From an uncultured Arcanobacterium sp. (GTDB lineage: Bacteria; Actinomycetota; Actinomycetes; Actinomycetales; Actinomycetaceae), in assembly GCA_945874735.1 (NCBI GenBank), contig CAMCHI010000004.1, forward strand, positions 508 to 64,507: a stretch of 64,000 nucleotides of DNA. Reading direction: 5' to 3'. Made by a program: the position numbers and the translations under genes. The notes beneath the pieces are model-generated. The model did not search any database, was not told the DNA's origin, and saw only the letters and a program-made list of their open reading frames with translations. This document shows positions 20,524 through 29,926 of this stretch, piece by piece; position 1 is the stretch's first letter; every line of letters starts with the position of its first letter.

Positions 20524-21609
20524 ATGTCGGTTTTTCGTCTTACTGGAGAGTTGCGCGGTGCACATCTTCCTTTTGGTGCTTCACTATGGGTAGTAGACGG
20601 AAAAATTACTTATACGCCACCTGCAACGGATAAAGTAACCGAAATAGCTGGATATATTTACCCAGGTTTGCTAGATGCGCATACGCATATTGGTATGGCT
20701 CATGCGGATACTCCACCTAGTGATACGGAAATGCTGCGCCGTTTACGGGCTTGTGCTCAGCAAGGAGTGACGGCAATCCGTGATAGTGGAGGTCAGCGTA
20801 ATCCACGGGTGGTTACTACTGCGGGTTTGCCAAAAGTGTTGCATTGCGGACAACATATTGCTCGCTATAAGCGCTACACAAAACATTTAGCGGTAGAAGT
20901 AGAACCAGCTGATTTAATTGCCGAGGTGAAACGGCAATGTGCGGTAAGTGATGGTTGGATTAAAATCGTGGCGGATTGGATTGACCGCACCCAAGGAGAT
21001 TTAGCGCCTTTATGGGGAGCAGAGCTGTTGAAAGAGGCAGTTGATACCGCTCATGCTTTGGGGAAGAAAGTTACCGTGCATACTTTTGCAGCAGAAACTG
21101 TGCCGATGCTATTAGCTGCGAAAGTAGATGGTATTGAACATGGTACCGGCATGAATTTAGAGCAGTTGCAGCAAGCGCGAGCGCAAGGAGTGCTGATTAC
21201 TCCGACCGTTAATCAGATTTCGCGTTTTCCAGAATTTGCTGCTGCGGGATATCGTTTCCCTGTGTATCAGCAACGAATGTTAGCTATGGATAAAGAGCGG
21301 AAAAATCATTTACAAAATTTAGTGCATACTGATTCTTTGCTGTTGATGGGTTCGGATACTGCTAAAGATGTGGATGCTCCAGGGCGCGGTTTAGCCCAAG
21401 AATTATGTGACGCAGTGGCTAATGGTATGCCTAATAAACTAGTGATGGCGGCTGCTTCTTATCAGGGGCGTAAGTTGCTTGGTTTTAGTAATTGGGAAGC
21501 AGGAGAGCCAGCTGATTTTGTGGTTTATGCTAAGGATCCAGAACAGGATATAACTGCGGTATTGTCACCTAAATTGGTGATGATTGACGGGATAATAGTT
21601 GCTTCTTAA
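20524..21609 (+). CDS. Metal-dependent amidohydrolase
   Basis: PGLLDAHTH (HxH), TVH, GIEHG and GSD metal-ligand motifs. Confidence 0.85.
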   Translation: MSVFRLTGELRGAHLPFGASLWVVDGKITYTPPATDKVTEIAGYIYPGLLDAHTHIGMAHADTPPSDTEMLRRLRACAQQGVTAIRDSGGQRNPRVVTTAGLPKVLHCGQHIARYKRYTKHLAVEVEPADLIAEVKRQCAVSDGWIKIVADWIDRTQGDLAPLWGAELLKEAVDTAHALGKKVTVHTFAAETVPMLLAAKVDGIEHGTGMNLEQLQQARAQGVLITPTVNQISRFPEFAAAGYRFPVYQQRMLAMDKERKNHLQNLVHTDSLLLMGSDTAKDVDAPGRGLAQELCDAVANGMPNKLVMAAASYQGRKLLGFSNWEAGEPADFVVYAKDPEQDITAVLSPKLVMIDGIIVAS

Positions 21610-21615
21610 GCAGTA

Positions 21616-21644
21616 CGGGTAATAATTTCAGAGCATTACCCGTT
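21616..21644. terminator. Hairpin between convergent amidohydrolase and CDF genes
   Basis: ACGGGTAAT...ATTACCCGT followed by TTT. Confidence 0.6.
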
Positions 21645-21696
21645 TTGATAAGTGTAAATTTTACAAAATTTACAATATTTAGTTTGTTGCTATCTT

Positions 21697-22662
21697 TTAG
21701 GCAGGACTGCTGGGACTTAGCGCATCAGCATCATCTATAGGTATATATCCTTGTGGAATATCAGCGTAGCTGATTGGATCTTCAATTGGTTCGATATGGA
21801 TTTGAATATCGGCAGGGCTAAGTTTAGCTAAAATTGCGTCTTCAATTTCTATGGCTAAATCATGCCCTTGTTGTACCGTCCATGAGCCAGGTACTTGCAC
21901 GTCTAGGTTGATATAGCGGATTTGTCCGGCGGTGCGTGTTTGTAAACCGTGAAAACTAATATGGGGTTTGCGAAATTGGTGGAGAATGTCGATAATTACC
22001 CGGTTTTCTGCTTCGGGTAAAGTGGCGTCTAATAGCCCGGCAAGGGAATTACGGATTAAACCAATCCCGATATAAATAATGTTGAGGGCTACGAGAATTG
22101 CGATGATCGGGTCGAGGATATGCCAGCCGGTGAGCCAAATTAACCCGATACCAAGTAATACTCCAGTGGTGGTGATTACGTCGGTTAGTAAGTGATGTCC
22201 GTCTGCTTGCAGAGCAGGAGAGGAGTGTTTTTTACCGGCTTGTACTAGGTAAAGTCCAATTAGTAGGTTGATAACGGAAGAAATAGTGGATATGAGTAAT
22301 CCGAGTCCGAAATTTTCTAGTGAGGACGGGTTGAGCATTCGGGCAATAGCCATGAATATAATTAAGGCTGCTGCTCCGAAAATCATCGCTCCTTCCAAAG
22401 CGGCAGAAAAGTATTCGGCTTTAGAACGACCAAAAGTGTAGGCGGAATCAGCAGGTTTGGCAGCTAATTTTAAGGCAAATAAAGCTACGATGGCTGCCAC
22501 TAGGTTCACGGTTGATTCCATGGCATCAGATAGTAATGAAACTGAGTCTACTAGCCAATATGCACCTATTTTTAAGGAGATTGTGGCTAGTGCGGTATAG
22601 ATAGCCAACCATGCATAGCGAGTCAGATGCGGGGAGGCGTTAGGGGAGGTTTCATTACGCAT
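21697..22662 (-). CDS. Cation diffusion facilitator (FieF-like) transporter
   Basis: Multiple TM segments; SLLSDAMES, YTFGRSKAEY, DGHHLLTD; C-terminal dimerisation domain with IHIEP. Confidence 0.9.
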   Translation of the reverse strand: MRNETSPNASPHLTRYAWLAIYTALATISLKIGAYWLVDSVSLLSDAMESTVNLVAAIVALFALKLAAKPADSAYTFGRSKAEYFSAALEGAMIFGAAALIIFMAIARMLNPSSLENFGLGLLISTISSVINLLIGLYLVQAGKKHSSPALQADGHHLLTDVITTTGVLLGIGLIWLTGWHILDPIIAILVALNIIYIGIGLIRNSLAGLLDATLPEAENRVIIDILHQFRKPHISFHGLQTRTAGQIRYINLDVQVPGSWTVQQGHDLAIEIEDAILAKLSPADIQIHIEPIEDPISYADIPQGYIPIDDADALSPSSPA

Positions 22663-22909
22663 ATATCTAATTATTAAGTTTTTAGCAGGAAAAGCCTAGA
22701 GGCGAGATAGGGAAGTGAGTAGAAACACCGACTTTTAATAGCTTTTGGTTGTATTTTGCCTTTATTTTCTGGCAAAATAAATGGTTGTACTTAAGTGAAG
22801 CTAAGTCCCTCTCAATCTTGGTGGATCTTGAAGTCCGGAAGAAATAGCTGGTGGCCCCACCGCTAGATGTTTTTTCCACCTAATTAAAGAAACAGGAGTG
22901 ACCACTCAA

Positions 22910-23362
22910 GTGGCAGTCAAAATTCGTTTAAAGCGCATGGGTAAGATTCGCGAAGCTATCTACCGTGTGGTAGTAGTAGATTCTCGTAAGCGTCGCGATG
23001 GTCGCGTAATCGAGGAAATCGGTTTCTACAACCCAAATACTAACCCATCTACTATCGACATTAACTCTGAGCGTGCTCAGTATTGGATTTCGGTGGGCGC
23101 ACAGCCAACTGAGCCAGTGCTTGCTCAGCTAAAGATTACAGGCGATTGGCAGAAGGCTAAGGGTCTAGATGGTGAATCTACTCTCAAGACGGTTGAGAAA
23201 GTAGATGTAGTAAAGGCTCGTGAAGAAGCTGTTAAGGCTGTACAGGATAATGCTGAGAAGCTACGTGCAGAAAAGGCAGCTGCTCGGGAAAAGGCAGAAG
23301 CAGAAGCAGCTGCTGAAGCTGAAGAAACCGTAGAAGAAGTTACTGAGTCTGAGGAAGCCTAA
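22910..23362 (+). CDS. rpsP: 30S ribosomal protein S16 with acidic C-terminal tail
   Basis: [12 protein letters not shown]...[13 protein letters not shown]; AGGAG SD upstream of GTG at 22910. Confidence 0.97.
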   Translation: MAVKIRLKRMGKIREAIYRVVVVDSRKRRDGRVIEEIGFYNPNTNPSTIDINSERAQYWISVGAQPTEPVLAQLKITGDWQKAKGLDGESTLKTVEKVDVVKAREEAVKAVQDNAEKLRAEKAAAREKAEAEAAAEAEETVEEVTESEEA

Positions 23363-23364
23363 TA

Positions 23365-23601
23365 ATGTTGGCTAATGCTTTAGAACATCTCGTACAAGGT
23401 ATTGTGGATAATCCGGATGATGTAGAGGTTTCAGCTCGCACTAATCGGCGTGGTGAAATGCTAGAAGTTCGGGTAAATCCTGAAGATCTTGGACGTGTTA
23501 TTGGGCGTAATGGCCGTACGGCTAAAGCTTTACGTACTGTAGTAAATGCTTTGTCCACTGATGGGCCAGTGCGAGTAGATGTTATCGAAACCGATAATTA
23601 A
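23365..23601 (+). CDS. khpA: KH-domain RNA-binding protein (KhpA/UPF0109)
   Basis: DLGRVIGRNGRTAKALR GxxG loop; position after rpsP. Confidence 0.92.
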   Translation: MLANALEHLVQGIVDNPDDVEVSARTNRRGEMLEVRVNPEDLGRVIGRNGRTAKALRTVVNALSTDGPVRVDVIETDN

Positions 23602-23631
23602 AAATATCCAATAACTAAAGCCAAAACTTCT

Positions 23632-23670
23632 AAAGACCCCACACATAAAGTGTGGGGTCTTTAATTTTGT
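23632..23670 (+). terminator. Intrinsic terminator after khpA
   Basis: AAAGACCCCACAC-ATAAA-GTGTGGGGTCTTT plus T-rich tail. Confidence 0.85.
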
Positions 23671-23744
23671 TTTTTAGAAGGAGAGGCTATAGGGTTGTAG
23701 CTTATTTTTTAAGTTGCATATATATGCGTGCTATAACGTACTAA

Positions 23745-24002
23745 ATGAATCCATATATGCTCTTAGTGTGTATAAAGAAAGACGGGCAAAATGGGGATTT
23801 TTAGCAAGTTGGCACACGTTTTGAGAAAGCAAAGACGGAAGCAGTACGGCTCTTTACTAGTTGGCGTTCTTTTGCCAACAGTTATATTGTGGGTAGAGCG
23901 GTCGCTTTTGGTGATAATCTGATGTTGCCTGGCTTGATGAATATTGTTAAAGGTTTACTCACAGATGAAGAAAGTACATGGGCGAGGATCGTATTTAAGT
24001 AA
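23745..24002 (+). pseudogene. Interrupted ORF; downstream part resembles the C-terminus of DUF1266-type proteins
   Basis: ATG at 23745, in-frame TAG at 23802-23804, then 65 open codons QVGTRFEKAKTEAVRLFTSWRSFANSYIVGRAVAFGD...GLLTDEESTWARIVFK*, followed by a terminator. The family match is by eye (SW.xF..SY..GR and LL.D..S.W). Confidence 0.4.
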
Positions 24003-24020
24003 AGCTAATATAGTTTAGGT

Positions 24021-24057
24021 AAAGCGACTAGAAGTAATCTGGTCGCTTTTACTTTTT
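24021..24057 (+). terminator. Intrinsic terminator after the interrupted ORF
   Basis: AAAGCGACTAGA-AGTAA-TCTGGTCGCTTT plus TACTTTTT. Confidence 0.75.
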
Positions 24058-24199
24058 AAGGATAGCTACAAACTGGCAGTAGTATAGAATGTAAAACAGA
24101 AGCTGTAGCTAGAGGCAAGGTCGTTAAGCTCAACGCCTTGAGCAGATTAAAAGGCGATTTAGCTCCTAGTCATGAAAAAGTATATAGGAGAGCAGTTAA

Positions 24200-24841
24200 G
24201 TGTTAGCTAAGGTAAAACGAGTCATTAATAAGGTGTTTCGTTCCCGTATAAATAAGGCTTTACAAAGAAAGTTAGTTAAAAAAGATATTACTTTAATTGC
24301 CAGTAACTGTAACGGGGCTTTTATTTTACATGATTTAGAGTTACGTTTTAATTCTCCGTACGTAAATTTGTATGTTTTACCTGGAGATTTTGTAAAACTT
24401 TTATCTAACTTGGAATACTATTATCAGCAGGAATTAGAGTTTCTTCCGGAAAGTTCTAATACTTTAGGTAACTATCCGATTGGTAGATTAGCTGATGTGG
24501 AAATTCATTTTATGCATTATGAAAATGAAGCAGAAGCACGTCAGAAGTGGTATCAAAGATTGGAAAGGCAAGATCTTAGCAATCTCTTTATCATGATGAC
24601 CGAAAGAGACGGTTGCACTTATCAAGATCTAGTGAACTTCGATAATTTGCCTTTTGCTAATAAAGTAGTGTTTACCCATAAGCCTTATCCGGAGTTGTCC
24701 TCAGCCTACTATATAAAAGGGTTTGAAAACGCAGGTGAAGTAGGTAATTTGTTTGATTACTGTGGTTTTTTGGGCAAGAAGTATTATGATCAGTTCGACT
24801 ATGTGACATGGTTTAATCAAGGAATAAACGGTCAGCAATAA
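24200..24841 (+). CDS. DUF1919-family protein (often found in capsule/EPS loci)
   Basis: ITLIASNCNGAFILHDLELRFNSPYVNL and EIHFMHY...A..KW..R motifs; AGGAG SD; AT-rich. Confidence 0.8.
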   Translation: MLAKVKRVINKVFRSRINKALQRKLVKKDITLIASNCNGAFILHDLELRFNSPYVNLYVLPGDFVKLLSNLEYYYQQELEFLPESSNTLGNYPIGRLADVEIHFMHYENEAEARQKWYQRLERQDLSNLFIMMTERDGCTYQDLVNFDNLPFANKVVFTHKPYPELSSAYYIKGFENAGEVGNLFDYCGFLGKKYYDQFDYVTWFNQGINGQQ

Positions 24842-24987
24842 AACTGGTTTTAGTACATAATCTTCTTTGGTTGAAGTGCATAAAGTGCAAAGTTCTACAT
24901 TGCCGTAAAACTGCTTACAGCTAAGAGTTGATTTTGCGTTACTGGTGGAATGCTCCGTAAAGTTAAGGGTAGACGAGAGGAGCGAAA

Positions 24988-25527
24988 GTGCAATTAACTG
25001 CTGGTATTATCGGGGCAGCACATGGATTAAAAGGTGAAGTGAAGTTAGATGTGCGTACAGATATTCCTGCCCAGCGTTTTTATGTAGGGGCATTACTGGA
25101 AACAGATCCGGCAGAAGTAGGCCCTTTAGAGATTGAAAAAGTTAGAGAATATAAAGGTTTTACTTACGTTAAATTTGTGCAGATTAATGATCGCACTACG
25201 GCTGAAGCATTGCGAGGTGTGAAGCTGGTAGTTGAATCAGATGAGGTAGAAACTGAACCAGAGGCTTGGTATCCGCATGAGCTAATTGGTTTAGAGGCTT
25301 TAGATCCAGATGGGTATGAACTGGGAATAGTTAGTGGTTTACAGCCTATGCCGATGCAGGATTTATTGCTTGTTACCGAACCAGATGGGCGAGTAGTGCA
25401 AGTGCCGTTTGTAAAAGAAATTGTTACTGAAGTAGACATTGATGATAATTGTGTAGTTATTGATGCTCCTCCAGGGTTGTTTTGTGAAGATGAGTTGATA
25501 ATTAGCCCTGAAACACACAGCGAGTGA
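24988..25527 (+). CDS. rimM: Ribosome maturation factor RimM
   Basis: GIIGAAHGLKGEV; PRC-barrel with QVPFVKEIV. Confidence 0.95.
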   Translation: MQLTAGIIGAAHGLKGEVKLDVRTDIPAQRFYVGALLETDPAEVGPLEIEKVREYKGFTYVKFVQINDRTTAEALRGVKLVVESDEVETEPEAWYPHELIGLEALDPDGYELGIVSGLQPMPMQDLLLVTEPDGRVVQVPFVKEIVTEVDIDDNCVVIDAPPGLFCEDELIISPETHSE

Positions 25528-25571
25528 TGTAGCTGCTAATTGCTAGTATTGATAGAAAAGCGTCGGCAATT

Positions 25572-26927
25572 ATGAGATTTGATATTATCACTATTTTCCC
25601 AGAATTTTTTACGGCTTTAGATGTTTCTTTAGTGGGTAAAGCCCGGCAAAACGGTTTAATTGCATTAGATGTGCATGATTTACGTGCTTGGGCTAATGAT
25701 GTGCACCGCACCGTAGACGATACTCCTTTTGGAGGTGGAGCCGGTATGGTGATGAAACCAGAAATATGGGCACAAGCTATTGATGCACAGTTAGTATCCC
25801 ACCCTCAGCGCACAGTATTAGCTATTCCTACTCCTGCTGGAAAACCCTTAAAACAAGCTGATTTAGGGAAGTTGGCTAGTTATGAGCAGATAATTTTAGC
25901 GTGCGGAAGATATGAAGGGATTGACGCCCGTATAGCTACTTACTATCAGGAAGCCGGTTTAGAGGTACTAGAATTTTCTTTAGGTGATTATGTACTAAAC
26001 GGGGGAGAAGTAGCGGCTTTAGCTTTAATAGAGGGAGTGGCGCGCTTAATTCCAGGCATGATGGGTAATCCGGAGTCGTTAGCTGAAGAATCGCATGGTG
26101 AATCTGGATTGTTGGAGTACCCAGTTTTTACTCGTCCAGCTCAGTTCCGAGGTATCGGAGTGCCGGAGGTATTAACTTCCGGTAATCATCAAGCTATTGC
26201 TAGTTGGCGCAGAGCTCAATCTTTGACTCGTACTGTAACTAGACGTCCCGATTTAATGGTACGTGTACAAACAGCAGGTTTGGCCGAAAATGATTTGGCT
26301 GTATTGGCTAAGCACGACTGGTTTAGTGGGCAACAGGCTGGTCAGATAGGTAAAGTGACTTTCCGATTAACGCTATTAGAAGAGATAGAAGATCAGAGAG
26401 AAGCGGAAATAGGTATCGCGACAACTCAGGCAGATACTAACTTTTTATATCAGGCAATATTGGAAAACGGGAATGTAATTGCTCAAGCTTGTTTAACAGC
26501 GCAGATTTTGCTGGTTAATGCGGATGCACTTCCCTTAAAAGCAGGGGAGTTGCTTTGGGTAATAAAAGAATTCGAGATAGTAAAAAGTTGGTATAGTAGA
26601 GCGCTTTTCCAAAGTTTCTATGTTAAATTGGTGCAGTTTTTAAACCATGCGGATTTAATGGGTGGTGAAGTGACTACGGATTGCTCTACGCAATTAGAAG
26701 AAACCGCTGAGGTGGGCAGGGTGTTGAGTGCTTTATATGAAACAAAACCTATAGCGGGAGTAGTATTAACATTACCTAAAATCGAACGTACCCAAATTAA
26801 AGATTTGCAAAAACTAGGATTTAGAAAAATTGCCCGAGAACTTATTGTAGAAGTGAATGGCTATGCCGTAGGTGAGGAGTCCAACAGCTATTTAACTATG
26901 TTTTTGCCATTAAATATGGCAGAATAG
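25572..26927 (+). CDS. trmD: tRNA (guanine37-N1)-methyltransferase TrmD with ~200-aa C-terminal extension
   Basis: VDDTPFGGGAGMVMK, CGRYEGID, SLGDYVLNGGE, LLEYPVFTRP; extra domain after about residue 250. Confidence 0.95.
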   Translation: MRFDIITIFPEFFTALDVSLVGKARQNGLIALDVHDLRAWANDVHRTVDDTPFGGGAGMVMKPEIWAQAIDAQLVSHPQRTVLAIPTPAGKPLKQADLGKLASYEQIILACGRYEGIDARIATYYQEAGLEVLEFSLGDYVLNGGEVAALALIEGVARLIPGMMGNPESLAEESHGESGLLEYPVFTRPAQFRGIGVPEVLTSGNHQAIASWRRAQSLTRTVTRRPDLMVRVQTAGLAENDLAVLAKHDWFSGQQAGQIGKVTFRLTLLEEIEDQREAEIGIATTQADTNFLYQAILENGNVIAQACLTAQILLVNADALPLKAGELLWVIKEFEIVKSWYSRALFQSFYVKLVQFLNHADLMGGEVTTDCSTQLEETAEVGRVLSALYETKPIAGVVLTLPKIERTQIKDLQKLGFRKIARELIVEVNGYAVGEESNSYLTMFLPLNMAE

Positions 26928-26956
26928 CTAGGCTATCACTATATATTGCACGGTAT

Positions 26957-27048
26957 CTGCCGCAGGGGATCTGTGTTACTTGGTGAGAATTTGTCCGTCG
27001 AAAGTTAATAAAATTAACTTTCCTAAGCCCACTTTGACCTGCGTGCAG
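26957..27048 (+). promoter_or_regulatory. Putative structured 5' leader of rplS
   Basis: CTGC-CGCAGG (26957-26966) pairs with CCTGCG-T-GCAG (27038-27048), enclosing hairpin GAAAGTTAAT/ATTAACTTTC. Confidence 0.45.
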
Positions 27049-27066
27049 AGTGAGAAAAGATGAATC

Positions 27067-27417
27067 ATGGAGATTCTAGATAAAGTAGTAGCTCCGCAAC
27101 TAAAGGAGCGTCCACAGTTCCGCGCTGGCGATACCGTTAAGGTAAGCGTAAAGGTTGTGGAAGGTAACCGTCATCGTATCCAGGTGTTCCAGGGCGTAGT
27201 TATTGCACGCCGTGGCGGTAATGGGGTAAGTGCTACCTTCACTGTGCGTAAGCACTCGTTCGGAGTAGGCGTAGAGCGTACTTTCCCACTACATTCTCCA
27301 AATGTAGATGCGATTGAAGTAGTTACCCGTGGTGATGTACGTCGTGCAAAGCTATACTACTTGCGTGATCGTTACGGCAAGGCTGCTAAGATTAAGGAAA
27401 AGCGTGTAGATCGCTAA
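27067..27417 (+). CDS. rplS: 50S ribosomal protein L19
   Basis: FRAGDTVKV...QVFQGVVI...GVGVERTFP...[10 protein letters not shown]. Confidence 0.98.
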   Translation: MEILDKVVAPQLKERPQFRAGDTVKVSVKVVEGNRHRIQVFQGVVIARRGGNGVSATFTVRKHSFGVGVERTFPLHSPNVDAIEVVTRGDVRRAKLYYLRDRYGKAAKIKEKRVDR

Positions 27418-27438
27418 TTCTATTTATCGGCTTACCGT

Positions 27439-27475
27439 TGGGGATTCTGAAACTTTCAGAGTCCCCATATTTTTA
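27439..27475 (+). terminator. Intrinsic terminator after rplS
   Basis: TGGGGATTCTGAAA-C-TTTCAGAGTCCCCA plus T tract. Confidence 0.85.
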
Positions 27476-27730
27476 TATTGTGTTGTATTTCAGTCTAGTT
27501 GGCTAAGCATGGCACTAGCTGGAAATTAGTGCCTAATTGAGTAAATAGATAGGAGTTAAATTTCTACATAGTGTTCTAAGGTTTTGTCCTTATTAGGTGT
27601 GACGCCTTTTGGCTTTCGTGGGGTAATTTTCATACTTAGGTTGGAGCGTTGCAGCGTAAAAATGCACAGAAGTGCGCTAACTTAGATATATAAGTTTTAA
27701 TAGTATTAGGTTACAAGGGGCATAAAGTAA

Positions 27731-28579
27731 ATGTTGCAAGACGAGGCACTCCTAACTCCAGACGGAAACGGAAGTAGTGAAATTCCTCCGTCTTTTCCGC
27801 CGGTAGCGCCCCCTAAACGCAATATGCCAGAAAATTTAGACCTAGAAATTACTGATATTAACCATTTGGCAGATGCAGTTGTAGTGCCTGCTAAATCTTT
27901 TCCTCGCCGCATTTTTTCTTGGTTACTGGAAGTGGGAATGGTAATTGGAATAGCGGTACTTATTTCGGCATTAGTGAAAACTTTTCTCTGGCAACCCTTT
28001 GAGATTCCTTCAGAATCAATGGCTAATACCTTAATCCCCAAGGATCGAATCTTAGTAAATAAACTAGCTGATTCTGAGGAAGATTTAATACGGGGAGATG
28101 TAGTAGTTTTTGTAGATCCAGGTGGTTGGCTCAGCGGAGTAGATTTTCCAGAATATAGTGGAATACGGAAAACTTTGCAGAATATTGGGTCTAGCGTAGG
28201 TATTTTACCGGCTAATTCTGGTAAACATTTGGTTAAGCGAATTATTGGAATGCCGGGCGATAAAGTTGTGTGCTGTAATGTGAATCAGCGTTTGGAAATT
28301 AATGGTGTAGAGATAGTGGAGGACTATCTGCACCCAGGTGTGCGTGCCTCAGAAGAAGAATTTTCGGTGGTAGTACCACCAGGCCATGTATGGTTGATGG
28401 GAGATAACCGTCCTAACTCGAAAGATGCCCGCTACCATCAAACAGTGTCAAATTTCGGGTTCGTGCCGATAGAAAACATTGAAGGACGGGCTTTCTTGCG
28501 GCTTTATCCTTTTTCTCGTTTTGAGTTTCTAAAAGATTATGGATACGTTTTTAGCAAGGTGAAACCGGCGGCGAAATAA
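27731..28579 (+). CDS. lepB: Signal peptidase I
   Basis: IPSESM (catalytic Ser), LVKRIIG (Lys), MGDNRPNSKDAR. Confidence 0.95.
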   Translation: MLQDEALLTPDGNGSSEIPPSFPPVAPPKRNMPENLDLEITDINHLADAVVVPAKSFPRRIFSWLLEVGMVIGIAVLISALVKTFLWQPFEIPSESMANTLIPKDRILVNKLADSEEDLIRGDVVVFVDPGGWLSGVDFPEYSGIRKTLQNIGSSVGILPANSGKHLVKRIIGMPGDKVVCCNVNQRLEINGVEIVEDYLHPGVRASEEEFSVVVPPGHVWLMGDNRPNSKDARYHQTVSNFGFVPIENIEGRAFLRLYPFSRFEFLKDYGYVFSKVKPAAK

Positions 28580-28580
28580 C

Positions 28581-29258
28581 GTGACTTATTTACCGGATCG
28601 GGAAACAGAACTACTTTTTGCTGCAGAATTGGCAAAAGGTCGGGCGACTAAGCCAATAATAGTGGCAGGCGTAGACGAAGTAGGACGGGGTGCGATAGCA
28701 GGCCCAGCTACTGTAGGAATTGCGCTTATTGGGCGAGAAACTAGCATGGATTTTCCAAATGGGTTGAAAGACTCGAAAATGCTAAGTCCTAAGGCACGAG
28801 AAAACTTAGTAAAACCTTGTAAAAATTGGGTGCTTGGTCATGCGGTTGGCCATGCTAGTGCGCAGATAGTTAATGAATACGGAATTATAGGTGCTTTACG
28901 CTTTGCGGCAGCTCATGCATTAGAAGTTTTAGTGGAGCAAGGCTATCAAATAAGTGGTGTACTTTTAGATGGTAAACATGATTGGTGGAGTAGTAATGAA
29001 CTATTTCCGTTGGGAGTGGATTTACCTAGTGTACCGGTACAAATGGTGATTAAAGGTGATGCGCGTTGTGCTGTGATTGCGGCAGCTTCCGTTCTAGCAA
29101 AGGTGGAACGCGATACTGTAATGCAAGAATTGCATAAAAAATTTCCTGCCTATAATTGGGCGCAGAATAAAGGGTATGCTAGCGGAGAACATATTAGAGC
29201 TTTGCAGGAGCACGGGGTGAGTGAATATCACCGAACTGCTTGGAAATTACCAGTGTGA
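28581..29258 (+). CDS. rnhB: Ribonuclease HII
   Basis: GVDEVGRG, LLDG, IKGD, AASVLAKV, NKGY. Confidence 0.94.
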   Translation: MTYLPDRETELLFAAELAKGRATKPIIVAGVDEVGRGAIAGPATVGIALIGRETSMDFPNGLKDSKMLSPKARENLVKPCKNWVLGHAVGHASAQIVNEYGIIGALRFAAAHALEVLVEQGYQISGVLLDGKHDWWSSNELFPLGVDLPSVPVQMVIKGDARCAVIAAASVLAKVERDTVMQELHKKFPAYNWAQNKGYASGEHIRALQEHGVSEYHRTAWKLPV

Positions 29259-29357
29259 CGAATAGTGTTGCTTTGGTGTTTTGCAGGGTGCAGGGTCTAC
29301 TATTTAAGAAGTTAGTTTACGTATTTGGCTGGTAACTTTTGCAGAAAGGCTAAGTAG

Positions 29358-29678
29358 ATGTCGGATCTAGAGCGCTATGAAGCAGATAATGAGTTAGCAC
29401 TATATCGTGAATATCGTGAGGTAGTGAACTTATTTCGGTTTGTAGTGGAAACTGAACGTCGTTTTTATTTGGCAAATGATGTGGACGTGAAAGTGCGCGC
29501 GGCAGAAAACGGGGATATTTTCTTTGAAGTTAATTTAACTGATGCGTGGGTATGGGATATTTACCGGAAGAATCGATTTATTCGCTCGGCACGAGTGGTG
29601 ACGTTTAAGGATGTAAACGTAGAAGAACTAAATAAACCAGATATGCCTAACGAGATTGATTTTGATACCGCAGAATAA
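29358..29678 (+). CDS. DUF2469-family protein
   Basis: DLERYEADNELALYREYR...VETERRFYLAN...DAWVWDIYR; typical position after rnhB. Confidence 0.9.
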   Translation: MSDLERYEADNELALYREYREVVNLFRFVVETERRFYLANDVDVKVRAAENGDIFFEVNLTDAWVWDIYRKNRFIRSARVVTFKDVNVEELNKPDMPNEIDFDTAE

Positions 29679-29723
29679 AACTCAAGTAAAAGTATTTTAC
29701 TTGCGGATAAAAGCTGGGGTAAG

Positions 29724-29760
29724 AAACCGCTTCGCTTAGCGAGGCGGTTTTATTTTTTTT
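29724..29760 (+). terminator. Intrinsic terminator after DUF2469
   Basis: AAACCGCTTCGC-TTA-GCGAGGCGGTTT plus long T tract. Confidence 0.9.
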
Positions 29761-29926
29761 GAGAGGGGATTGTAATTAATCAGCAGTTTTGTTGAGTGTG
29801 TGGTGGTAGTAAATGGATGTAGGGCGGTTTGTGCACAGAATAGTTAAGTGTAGGTAGAGTACACAGATAATTATGCGGGGTTTTAGCGGTGTTGATTAAG
29901 TGTTTTGCTTAATTATGGAGGTCGAA

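Noticed and set aside
24115-24170. AAGCTCAACG resembling the 3' end of the M-box (ykoK) riboswitch
   Set aside because: The 5' M-box landmarks are absent and the other similar segments are out of order.
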